Source of the DNA: Octopus sinensis
Taxonomy: Eukaryota
NCBI RefSeq assembly: GCF_006345805.1
Contig: NC_043008.1
Span: 75,826,001 to 75,890,000 of the forward strand
DNA: 64,000 bases
Direction of reading: 5' to 3'
Shown here: positions 51,681-64,000 of the stretch, one piece after another
Layout: every line of letters begins with the position of its first letter
Position numbering within the stretch: the stretch's first letter is position 1
Made by a program: the position numbers and the translations under genes
The notes under the pieces: model-generated
Told to the model about the DNA's origin: nothing
Seen by the model: only the letters and a program-made list of their open reading frames with translations
Database searches by the model: none

Positions 51681-52041
51681 GTGTGTGTGCGTATTCATGT
51701 ATGCAAATGTATATGTATATATGTATATTTAAATAAGCATATATGTGTAAATGCTCATGTGTAACAGTATGAATGCGGATGTTATGTACACTAAATTATA
51801 AGAAGCGTAGATAAAACTACTAAGAGTTGTGAAAATTAACACTATAAACGGCGGTGCATCAGCATGGCCGCAGCTCTGAGCTAAAGCTAGAGAAAAAAAA
51901 AAAAACGACATATACACTACAACGAAAATCCGTTCTAAAATATATACATATATATACATACACAGAGACCCAGAGAAATACTAAATGAACTACAGACACA
52001 CACAGAGACACGCATGTTATGTATATGGAAATACCAACCCA

Positions 52042-52086
<45 letters not shown>

Positions 52087-52117
52087 ATATATATATATAT
52101 ATTATATATTATTATAT

Positions 52118-52162
<45 letters not shown>

Positions 52163-52267
52163 TATATACACAGATATATAGATGCATAGACAGACAGAGA
52201 GGGGGGAAAGAGAGGGACGGTTGACAGAGATATATATTATAGATGTAGACACAGATACATAAATATA

Positions 52268-52312
<45 letters not shown>

Positions 52313-52494
52313 GCGTATGCACAGGTTTAAGCATGCGTATACATGCATATATTTGTGTGTGTGGATGTGGGTGTGGGTGAGTGTGCGTATATATATATAT
52401 ATCTATGGGCAGTTTTACTCAATCTGGCCACAGGTGAAGAACATAAATCTTTACGCTATAATTAATATTATATACATATATATATGTATAGGTA

Positions 52495-52910
52495 GGCGCA
52501 GGAGTGGCTGAGTGGTAAGTAGCTTGCTAAGTAACCACATGGTTCCGGGTTCAGTCCCACTGCGTGGCATCTTGGGCAAGTGTCTTCTGCTATAGCCCCG
52601 GGCCGGCCAATACCTTGTGAGTGGATTTGGTAGACGGAAACTGAAAGAAGCATGTCGTATATATATATGTATATGTATGTATGTGTATGTGTTTGTGTGT
52701 CTGTGTTTGTAACCCTAGCATTGCTTGACAGCCGATGCTGGTGTGTTTACGTCCCCGTCACTTAGCGGTTCGGCAACAGAGACCGATAGAATAAGTACTG
52801 GGCTTACCAACAATAAGTCCCGGGGTCGAGTTGCTCGACTATAGGCGATGCTCCAGCACGGCCACATTCAAATGACTGAAACAAGTAAAAGAGTAAAAGA
52901 GTAAAGAGTA
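52495..52910 (+). mobile_element. Full-length family B CORE-SINE (OR2-like)
   Basis: tRNA-like A/B boxes, CORE-like GGCATCTTGGGCAAGTG, internal (TATG/TG)n, 3' tail with GAGTAAAA repeats. Confidence 0.9.
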
Positions 52911-53094
52911 TATATATACACGCTAGCGATCCAGCATGACCGCAGATTCATGGCTGAAACGAGTAAAAGAGTATATGTACATATATTTTTATCTTAATTA
53001 TTTACTTGTTTCTCTCATTAGATTGCGGCCATGCTGGGGTACCACCTTCGAGAACTTTAGTCGAATGTATCGACGCCAGTACTTCTTTTAACGT

Positions 53095-53300
53095 GTTGTG
53101 GTAAATAACTTGCTTATCAATCACATGGTTCCGGATTCAGACCCAAAGCGTGGCACCTTGTGAAGTCTTTACTACTGTAGACTCGGGCGTGTCTGTGTTT
53201 GTCCCCACCATCGCTTGACAACTGATGCTGGTGTATTTACGTCCACGTAACTTGGCGGTTGGGAAACAGAGAGTGATATAATAACTACTAGGCTTACAAA
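53095..53300 (+). mobile_element. Family B SINE with internal deletion
   Basis: CACATGGTTCCGGATTCAG..GGCACCTTG..CGCTTGACAACTGATGCTGG.. Confidence 0.7.
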
Positions 53301-53471
53301 TTTCGAACCTGGGTTCTCATTCCTAAGGTATTTTTCGATGTTGTTGTTATTATTATTATTATTATTAGTATTAGTATTATTATTATTATTACTACTCAGA
53401 TCACTGCCTGGAATCGAACTTGGAAACTTGGTGTTAGTAGCCCGCGCTCTTAGCCACTACGCCATACGCCC
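53301..53471 (-). mobile_element. tRNA-derived SINE (family E) with internal (AAT)n
   Basis: Minus strand GGGCGTATGGCGTAGTGGCTAAGAGCGCGGGCTACTAAC..GTTCGATTCCAGG, then (AAT)n, then AACATCGAAAAATACCTTAGGAATGAGAACCCAGG. Confidence 0.75.
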
Positions 53472-53589
53472 GTGCGATTGGCTGAGAAAATATAGAACTG
53501 AATAAGTCTTGAGGTTGATGTGTGCTCCAACATGTCAGCAGTCAAATAATTGAAACAAGTAAAAGTAAAAGAAGAAAATAATATGCATG

Positions 53590-53810
53590 TATTTATGTAT
53601 TCTTTCATATTTTTACTCGTTTCATTTGACTGCAGCCATGCTGCAGTACCACCTTGAAATATTTCAGTCGAAGACATTGACACTAAGACTTACTTTGAAA
53701 GCGTGGTACTTATTTTATCGAGTGCTATGTCGAGCCGCTAAGTTACGGGGATACAAACGTACCTCAATCGATTGTCAAGCGATGGCAGAGTTGAGACAAT
53801 CTCAGACACA
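53590..53810 (-). mobile_element. Family B SINE 3' half, antisense
   Basis: Reverse complement of ..CTTGACAATCG..CCCCGTAACTTAGCGG..CAGCATGGCTGCAGTCAAATGAAAC. Confidence 0.7.
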
Positions 53811-54572
53811 CACACACACATACACTCACACACACAGAGAAATATAATCGTAAGTTTTTAAGTATGCACACATTATTTTTGTTATAATAGGTTTGCGTTT
53901 TGCTGTTATTAGTTTATTCTGTCGCATAATTTCTGTGTATACATGCGTAGATGTGTGTGCGTGTGTGTGAACTTGGATTGTGTACATGTGCGATTGTGTA
54001 CGTGTGCGAATGTGTAAGCGTGTTCCTTTCGCGTACTCATTGGGTACATCTCCAGCAAACTTCTTAACTTTCCTGCAGAAATTGCTGTTGTATATCAGTT
54101 TAATTGGCAAGTATTCTTTAACATGAACATACCAATTTTAATTAGTCCTCAACTGAGTTCTCTTGACACAACGCTCAGTAAAAGTTCTATAAATAAATTT
54201 TATCACACACAGATACATAGAGATACACATAGACACACGCAAACACTCATACACTCACACACGTATTTCATACACACGTGCACACACACACACATACACA
54301 TACGCTGTGTTACACGTAATCCATGGAGATAATAGAAAGATGTATAGACAGATATTTATCTTCAGCAATACTCACATGGGTGAGAGGGAACAGAATAGCT
54401 TTGAGAGAGCTTTCAATATATATACATATAGAATAATATTTTCGCTTCGAAGGATGTGTTGATAATCCCTGGAATTTCCCCAGCTGGCCGGGTGCGATTC
54501 ATTAAAAAAATTGCTGACAGTTGAACTTCAGACGAACTATTAATCTTTTCGTTGCTATATATTCATATATTC

Positions 54573-54636
<64 letters not shown>

Positions 54637-54638
<2 letters not shown>

Positions 54639-54791
54639 GGTGTAATGTGTATCAATATGCAAATATCTGTATGTGTGTGTGTATTTACCACATACAAATA
54701 CACAACTGAAGATACATACACACGCGCAAGCCTATATACACACAAACACACACACGCACGCACACGCACACACACGCATACACGCACACCA

Positions 54792-54823
<32 letters not shown>

Positions 54824-54917
54824 TACACATATATATTGGACACAGTGTATCGAAGAAATACTAAATGAACTTTTAGCAAAGTCAAACGACTTCAATTCAT
54901 AAACAAATCGTACTATA
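54637..54917. repeat. Second copy of the 51287-51562 segment
   Basis: See 51287-51562. Confidence 0.9.
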
Positions 54918-55436
54918 TCTATATATATATATATATACATATACACCTATACACCTATATACATATACATATACACCTATCTGGTTATTCATAAAAGTGT
55001 GCGTGTTTGCATTTCTGTGTGTATGCATGTATGTATGTACACGAGTAGATTACTGTCTGTCAACTTAAACGCATATCCATTATGTAAGTGACCGAGCACT
55101 GCCTCTCCTCAAGCACTCACTGAAACATACACACACACACACACGCGCGCGCGCACGCGCGCGCGCACACACAAACTTGAATACCCATGAAGTAATTCTC
55201 ATAAGAAATTTGTGTTAGATTGTAACAAGTTTATATTTCTTATTTACCGACAGGACCCATCCGACAGAGTTTCTGTCTACTCATTTTCACTCATAAGTTA
55301 TGTCACCTTCAGGGCATGGGTAACTTACATCTAACCAAGATGCTACGCACTTCGATCGAATCTCATTTACGGAGGTTTCGAAGAAAATTCCTTCACTTTC
55401 AACATACACTTTTTTAACACCTTATTTAACTTAAGG

Positions 55437-55822
55437 AGTGAAGGCGCAATGACCCAGTTGTTAGGGCAGCGGACTCGCGGTCATAGGATCACGATTTCGA
55501 TTCCCAGACCGAGCGTTGAGAGTTTTTATTGAGCGAAAACACCTAAAGCTCCACGAGGCTCCGGCAGGGGATGGTGGTGATCCCTGCTGTACTCTTTCAC
55601 CACAACTTTCTCTCACTCTTACTTCCTGTTTCTGTTGTACCTGTATTTCAAAGGGCCGGCCTTGTCACTCTCTGTGTCACGCTGAATATCCCCGAGAACT
55701 ACGTTAAGTGTACACGTGTCTGTGGAGTGCTCAGCCACTTACACGTTAATTTCACGAGAGGCTGTTCCGTTGATTCGGATCAACCGGAACCCTCGTCGTC
55801 GTAACCGACGGAGTGCTTCCAA
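55437..55822 (+). mobile_element. Full-length family A SINE with an 11-bp target-site duplication
   Basis: TTAACTTAAGG at 55426-55436 and 55823-55833 flanks the element. Confidence 0.92.
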
Positions 55823-55942
55823 TTAACTTAAGGGCTTATATATCTGAAGATCTTACATACACCTACAGGCATATAATACATATATATATATATACATATG
55901 TATATAAATAAATGAATATGTATATATATATACACACATATA

Positions 55943-56069
<127 letters not shown>

Positions 56070-56125
56070 ATAGAAATATTAAAATTACTAAGTCTCTCTA
56101 AAGGAGATTACGGCAGCGTTACTGG

Positions 56126-56189
56126 ATATTAATAGTTAACGCCATACTAATATGGACTGCCATATTAGTATGGCGATAACTATTAATAT
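56126..56189. repeat. 30-bp-stem hairpin (1 mismatch, 4-nt loop)
   Basis: ATATTAATAGTTAACGCCATACTAATATGG-ACTG-CCATATTAGTATGGCGATAACTATTAATAT. Confidence 0.95.
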
Positions 56190-56279
56190 TTATATATATA
56201 TATATACATATGTATATAAATAAATGAATATGTATATATATATACACATATGGTATCAAAATAACAGTTGCAAATTTTA

Positions 56280-56410
56280 GTACAAGGTCAGCGAGGTCGG
56301 GGTAAGGGGTAAGTCGATTACATCGACCCCAGTGTTCAACAGGTACTTATTTTTTCGACCCCGAAATGATGAAAGCAAAGTCGACCTTGCCGGAGTTTGA
56401 ACGCACAACA
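56280..56410 (-). mobile_element. Family C SINE, antisense
   Basis: GTCGATTACATCGACCCCAGT..GACCCCGAAATGATGAAAGCAAAGTCGACC..GTTTGAAC. Confidence 0.7.
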
Positions 56411-56689
56411 CGAATATAGGCGAGATAAATATTATGCAAATAATCTTTTAAAACATCTGTACTAATTCCGTTTATAACAGCAGTTTACGCAAAAGTTCGA
56501 AGTGAAAATTTACGTAATGTTTGCGGTTTTAGACGTTAGAGTTGCTCTTCAGACTTGCATCAAAGGTGCGCTGTTAGACAGTACGTCTTCCAGACATTGC
56601 TATTTTTGCTTATATTTGTAGGTAATACCCTACATTTATAAATTTATACTTTATACTATATATAAATTTATATAACAGGATCTGATATA

Positions 56690-56997
<308 letters not shown>

Positions 56998-59810
56998 TTA
57001 ATTTCAATTATCCGCACCAACGCACGGTTGCAACGCCAGATGGTTGTACCTCCACCGTGCTGTTCACTGCTGTGATTTTTGCTACTAAGGTATCGGTTAA
57101 ACTTTTGATTAATCTACTACAAGATTATTCATCTTTCTATTTCACATAATATATATATATATATATATATACACACATTTATACACACATATGCATGTTC
57201 ATAATTAAATGTGTATGTCAAACACGACCCAAAATTTCACTGCAGAGATCACATTTTGTTGTTAATCACCTTACGGTTAGAAACTCATTATAAAATTGAA
57301 AGCGATATAAGCACTTTAATATATATACAAACATGATATTGTTCCTTCCATAGAATTGTTCAGTCACTTGTTATTAGTTATGTCGATGTTGGTGAGAGTT
57401 TAAAGACATTACAACGATTTTATACAAGTTTTAAATTTTACAGATGTTATGATATGCAAGATTATTGGCACAGAAATGTGTTACTTGAGGCTTTATGGTC
57501 TGGTGGACTGATCCTTCAGCGGTTCTGGGTTTACAATTACCCCTCATAAGGTGATTACTTCTCGCATGAACACGCAATTGTATTTGCCTCATTTATGAAT
57601 AATAACCGGTGTGTCCCAGCTTTTTTACCTGAAGGATATCTGTCTAATATCCGTTTGAAGTTACGAAAATACAGCAAGGCACTGCCCACTAATATCACAG
57701 AATTAATTATTTAACTTATATGATCCATTTGCTAATGTGTATAATGTATGTATGTATTATGTATCTGTGCGAGTGCATGTTTTAATTTAAAGTCTTCAAA
57801 AGTTTTTGAGCAACGCCAGATTATGAACTAGTTATGTTTCATTCACAAAAATTGTGAACCTTTTGAATAACAGAACCTCCTATTTTTGGTTTGTCTGACG
57901 ATAACCTTTTGTGCTATATAACAAAGAAAATACAGATATAGAAATATTAGATCGCTAGACAAGATACCTTGCATCCTTTTGGATCGATTATATTATATTT
58001 CTTCCTGTTACTCTTACAGGAATTACTGAAACAAACTCTACGAGTCATTTGATGGGTATACTCAGTTTTCATACCACCTAACCCATACAGAGATTTTAGT
58101 TGAGTATCAATATAAGTTCTTCTATGAAATATTTATGCAGTGTAGTTGCATGGAGGAAGGGCTTATTTATCAACGTTTTCTTAACATTTTGATTGGCATC
58201 TGATCTTTGGTCGATAATCAAGTAGCAATCGACAGTAAGGTAGATTAATCCCGTAGTGTTTTCTAGGAAACTCGTGGCCCTCAGTCTAACTCAGAAATCT
58301 TTTGAAGAACTATATTAAATTGGGTAATTAATAACGAAGTCAGTTTAGGGCATTAGCTGAGTGTAGAAAATTGCTGCTTCATTATTGAGGAAGAATGAAC
58401 TACATTGGTTAAAGTCGAAATTGGTACTTATTATGATGGCATAAGTAGTTAATTTGGAGCTCTTCTGTCCCAAATATCATTTGTAGTGCTTGTTCAGATA
58501 TTCAATAAGGTTTGATTATATTTGTTTACTCACTTATTTCATGAAATCTCTGTCGCTTTCGACAGTGAGTATTCGGTCCTTCGATCACCTAAACTCTTTA
58601 AATAAACATATATGGGGTTGCATACACCACAGATGTGAACTCTTTATGTGACATTCAGGCTAGTGCGACAAAATATGTAAGACGACCGTAGTTCTGAATT
58701 GCATATACATCCATATGAAGGGCTTGCACGTACTTTTCGCCAACAGAGTTTGACTCACAAGGCATTTGTTGATTTTATTTTTCACAATACAAGATTCTAG
58801 ATTCGAATCACGTTCCTCGTGACTGCAAAGTGAAATTTTTAACCGCTCGTGCATACCTATGTAAATAATCCAACGACAGTGGACTAGAATTAGCTGAAAA
58901 GCCCTGAAATCTAATTGGTAATTATTTTACATAGCATACATAGATGAACTGCGAAGTCACAACAGGAGGGGTTTATATGCATAACATAGGGAGTAAGACC
59001 TAAATATAGCGCATTTAGTGATGGTTATATAAATGCAAGGCTCATAACGATATCATTTCAAATATACCGCCCATAATTATACAATTTCTAGTACTTATAC
59101 GTTTTTATTTTGTATTTGAAAGGAGTAACATAGTTATAGTTCTACTTCAATATATACATAATACTCATTTCGTTGGCCCTCTACTTCATGAAAATCTTTT
59201 TTGACAATGTCAATCCCTGGGAGCTCAATTTTCTTCTTCGGTGAAACACACACATTTATATAATAGTAATTTACGCAATAATAAATTTTAAAACGTAGGA
59301 TTAAAGCTCACCATACCTAAGACAATATGTTTATATACAAAACGAAATATCCTCTTGCATTGATCAGGGTAACCACATTCCTATTCAAGCCTCCGGTGTG
59401 TTAGCCTGCTATATTTTTCAAAGCTGGAATATCTGAAGCGTATTTCGCGATAAGTTCTTGTGTTCTATTTGGCAAATGAGGAGCCATGTCTTCCACATCG
59501 TTGACAGTTAATGCTTCGTAAATCTATCTGAAATATGAACTAGTGTTTTATCGTTACTATGCTATTGAAAATGTGATCCTATTTCGTTCTCGATCCGCAC
59601 TCCTTTTAAGTATTCCTTGAGTATAAGTGTTTTAATGGAGATACATTTTTTAATGGCTGTAACTTTTAAGTCATGCAGTTCTAGAGCTGGTTCCCCTTCG
59701 TAGCGGATAGGTTCTTCGCATGAATTGTCCCGCTCACAATTTTATAATTATATCTTCATTTTTTTCTTGCGCTTTTTTCGTGGAAAATATATATAGTATA
59801 TACAATACCC

Positions 59811-59918
59811 CTATGTCACTGCTGGTGATATCATCAATTTTAAAATGTATCTACAGATATGATATGAACAGTAGTGATATCTGATTTCAAATTTCAGTGT
59901 TTGAATGTTTTGCTTATA
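59811..59918. repeat. ~107-bp segment duplicated at 60290-60395
   Basis: CTATGTCACTGCTGGTGATATCATCAATTTTAAAAT..GTTTGAATGT.TTGCTTATA occurs twice with a few substitutions and a 2-bp indel. Confidence 0.9.
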
Positions 59919-60389
59919 AAACTTTATGAACCATGTACTCTGTTTTGGCGCAAAACAAAACCAGTTGCACAGTCAGAGTTTAACGTGACAGTTGTGGATT
60001 ATTACCCGGTAGGCCACACTGACGAGGCTCAGGGTATAAATACCCAAAAGCCGAAACCTGGTTTGTGGATATCCCTAATTGCATAATACTTATATTTCTG
60101 CTGTTAAATGATTTAATCCTTTCTGTTTGTCCTCGTATTCTGCTTTTCTCTGTTACCTTGGTGCGGCACGGTGGATAAAATTAAGATTTTAGCTTTTATT
60201 TCTAGCAGGTGGATGCTTGTTAAGCATCCTTACGCTTCGTGCAAATTTATGATTTATAGCTATTTAATGCTATTGTACCTGCGATCAACCTATGTCACTG
60301 CTGGTGATATCATCAATTTTAAAATTTATCCACAGATGATATGAACAGTAGTGACATCTGATTTCAAGTCTCAGTGTTTGAATGTATTG

Positions 60390-60461
<72 letters not shown>

Positions 60462-61319
60462 GGAGGAAGTCTGTTTAACATTATCAGTCTCATCTCGTCC
60501 TTATCCTATTAAGTCAATATGGAATTCTGCATTAAACAGGTCGATGAGAACTGTACTAGTTTTCCTGAGGGTAATTCTCTTTGTTTTCACAGGCTGTGAT
60601 TGGGAGGAGTTTTAAGTTGCATGCTTGAAACAGATAAATGGGACGGGGCAATCTTATTTGTTGTCTTACGAATTGTTCCTACCATGACTCTGGGAACAAC
60701 AATCTCCAAAATTTGTTGTTGGTACTTTTGTCGCTTCCATTTTCTTTACTGAAAGGACTTAGATGTGTTCCACTTCGTCCGTTTCTTTCAATGGAAAGAT
60801 GTGCAAGCAAACAGTTGTTGCTGTTAAATGTGTGGCTATTATGTATTTCTTCCTACTTAATATTATTTCTTTAATTTCTGTCATATTGTTTCTGTGCTCA
60901 TTAATATGCATGATTTTACTATTTTTTTATTCCTTGTTTGAGTTTTTCTTTCTTTTTGTTTTGCTGTGCTTATTATAATCTTTCAGGGGAGCAGATCAGA
61001 GACGAATACATTATTTTTACCTCAACGTCAGACAGTAGAATTTAAATGAAAATACATTTTTGTAATCGACTATTTAATCTAACCTCTGTAGGGGAAGACC
61101 TATCAAACAGTCAATTAAGATTCTCTGCTTCAGATATATCCCAAACAAAAATAATCATTGCTGTAATTATTATTGTTGTTGTTATTGTTGTTAATTACAT
61201 TATGAAAACTTGAAAAATGTTGACAATTATCAAAACGAAATTTTGAGGATCTCAAGAAATTAACAGCGAATGATAATCATCTTTTCTGCAATTGACATAG
61301 GTTTTGGCCTTTTTTTGTG

Positions 61320-61500
61320 CGGGTGAGGGTAGGGTAGTCGATTTTAGTGATCCTAATGCTCAGCTTGTACTTATATTATTGACCTCGCTGGAGATGGAAA
61401 GTAAAGTCAGCCTCGGCGGAATTTGAACTCAGAAGGTAAAGACAGACGAAATGACGCTAAACAATTTTTCCGGAGTACTAACGATTTTGTCAGCTCAGTG
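61320..61500 (-). mobile_element. Family C SINE, antisense
   Basis: CTCGGCGGAATTTGAACTCAGAAGGTAAAGACAGACGAAATG.. Confidence 0.7.
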
Positions 61501-61509
61501 CTATATAAA

Positions 61510-61580
<71 letters not shown>

Positions 61581-61613
61581 GTAATAATAATAATAACAAT
61601 AATAATAATAATA

Positions 61614-62255
<642 letters not shown>

Positions 62256-62289
62256 TGATAATAATAATAATGATGATGATGATGATGAT

Positions 62290-62632
62290 GACTTCTGGGG
62301 TGAGCTAGCAGAAATTAGTGGCACTTCGTGTGCCTTTACGTTCTGAGTTCAAATTCCGCCAAAGTCGACTTTGCATTTCGTCTTTCGGGTTCGGCATCTT
62401 GAGTACTAGCGTCATGGTAATCGACTTACCCACTCCCACGGCTTCTCCTTCACTACACATTCTTCATTTAAACTAGATTGCTTCCTTATCTATGTTGTTG
62501 CTGACGTATCTTGTTCTGATTGACTGATCCCGCGCAGTTAGAATCGGGCCCGCATTCTCTTTATTACCAGACCCTGCCTAAATCACTGAGATGGTTTCTG
62601 ATTATGATATTTTTTTCCTTGAACACGACTTT
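62290..62632 (+). repeat. Copy 1 of a duplicated block ((AAT)n(GAT)n + family C SINE + unique sequence); copy 2 from about 63657 to the window end
   Basis: Offset about 1367 bp; the differences seen are single-base homopolymer indels. Confidence 0.9.
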
Positions 62633-62739
62633 CCGCGTAAACTCTACAGTTTGTATTGTTGCCTTGTAGCCCGGAAATCTTTATTTATTCATTCTTCTTT
62701 AGTTAACATATTCTTCTGTCTTACACATAAGTAACTTGT

Positions 62740-62930
62740 CGTTGTCAGTATTTCATTAATATCTTTACTTCTACTTCCAAACAAATTTCTATAGCTATCA
62801 ATCTTCCTCCAACCTTTGTATATAAATCCATTCTGTTTACATCTGCCAGTGGATGTAAGGCCCTGTAGATTGTCAGCAATTTCCTTGTTTTTCGATCTAC
62901 GTTCTCAAAGCCTTCCTTTGTTCATTTCAT
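62740..62930 (-). mobile_element. R4/Dong LINE RT-thumb fragment
   Basis: ENVDRKTRKLLTIYRALHPLADVNRMDLYTKVGGRLIAIEIC; an upstream piece with YK..GILE lies at about 63380-63530. Confidence 0.75.
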
Positions 62931-62959
62931 TATTCAAACGTTGTACCTAATGATGTGAA

Positions 62960-63290
62960 GTGCATGGCTTAGGGATTAAAGCGTCAGGCTCACAATTATG
63001 AGGCAGTGAGTTCGATTCTCAGACAGGGCAGTGTGTATTGTTCTTGAGCAAGACACTTATTTAACGTTGCTTCAGTCCACTCAGCTGTAGAAATAAGTTG
63101 TGATGTCACTGGTGCCAAGCTGTATCGACCTTTGCCTTTCCCTTCGATTATAGTGGTGGCGTGGAGAGGGGGAGACTGGTTTTATGGGTGACTATTGTCA
63201 TCCATAAACAACCATGCTTGGAACTGTGCCTCGAAGGGTAACTTTCTAGTAGCAATCTGATGGTCTTGATGACCGAGGGGATCTTAAATT
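62960..63290 (+). mobile_element. tRNA-derived SINE (family D)
   Basis: GCATGGCTTAGGG..GAGTTCGATTCTC..TTGAGCAAGACACTT..TTGCTTCAGTCCACTCAGCTG. Confidence 0.75.
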
Positions 63291-63560
63291 ACTTAACGAT
63301 GTGTATTGCTTTTCAGTTTGTAACAGTGGTTGTATTATGCCACTGAATATGTATTTTAGTGCTTTTTAAAAAAAATATTCTTTCTGGATTTAAATTTTCG
63401 TTATTTTATTCTGTATATCTCCAGTTTCCAAAATTCCTACATTTGTATCAACTACAATATCTCCTTATTCTGCACATTTATTGTTTCAGTTTTGGTATTT
63501 CTTTTTTCTATCGTACGAATTTCATCATCTAGACCTTCTCCTATTCCACACTGTTATTGC

Positions 63561-63622
<62 letters not shown>

Positions 63623-63656
63623 TGATAATAATAATAATGATGATGATGATGATGAT

Positions 63657-64000
63657 GACTTTCTGGGGTGAGCTAGCAGAAATTAGTGGCACTTCGTGTG
63701 CCTTTACGTTCTGAGTTCAAATTCCGCCAAAGTCGACTTTGCATTTCGTCTTTCCGGGTTCGGCATCTTGAGTACTAGCGTCATGGTAATCGACTTACCC
63801 ACTCCCACGGCTTCTCCTTCACTACACATTCTTCATTTAAACTAGATTGCTTCCTTATCTATGTTGTTGCTGACGTATCTTGTTCTGATTGACTGATCCC
63901 GCGCAGTTAGAATCGGGCCCGCATTCTCTTTATTACCAGACCCTGCCTAAATCACTGAGATGGTTTCTGATTATGATATTTTTTTCCTTGAACACGACTT
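63657..64000 (+). repeat. Copy 2 of the 62290-62632 block
   Basis: See 62290-62632. Confidence 0.9.

Noticed and set aside
53400-53471. tRNA gene (also considered for the heads at 17768, 52495 and 55437)
   Set aside because: The tRNA-like A/B boxes run into SINE bodies, no complete acceptor stem or cloverleaf was seen, and the sequences are repeated as SINEs.
57444-57688. Exon-like segments on both strands (plus 57444-57550; minus 57629-57688), and similar ones at 5037-5113 (+) and 39892-39954 (-)
   Set aside because: Splice-like signals with short open frames occur on both strands and cannot be chained. They show the chance background in this AT-rich DNA.

Overview
AT-rich eukaryotic genomic DNA, not prokaryotic: no operons, rRNA, true tRNA genes or CRISPR arrays were seen. 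The very high (TA)n/(CA)n/(GATA)n/(AAT)n load and the tRNA-derived SINE families resemble an octopus (coleoid cephalopod) genome; this assignment is inference. Most recognisable content is transposon-derived: a full-length decayed DD41D (rosa-type) Tc1/mariner, two D,D34D mariner relics, several R4/Dong-clade RLE LINE relics (clustered at 29-34 kb), two related RT-less Gag/ORF1-like sequences, a Penelope-like (PLE) GIY-YIG 3' fragment, a non-autonomous Helitron and more than 20 SINE copies. Structure not explained by standard annotation: (i) four minimal hammerhead-ribozyme-like motifs sharing the pattern GAAA-palindrome-TA, one of them at the centre of a 90-bp-arm foldback; (ii) four long foldback hairpins next to TA tracts; (iii) a Helitron-like element that splits a SINE, carries a Gag-like cargo and is flanked by an unexpected 10-bp direct repeat; (iv) a low-confidence, phase-consistent chain of eight minus-strand candidate exons (26878 to 16577) encoding about 353 aa of no recognisable family; (v) several near-identical local duplications that may be assembly artefacts. 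All translations and alignments were done by eye, and most listed ORFs are microsatellite read-through.
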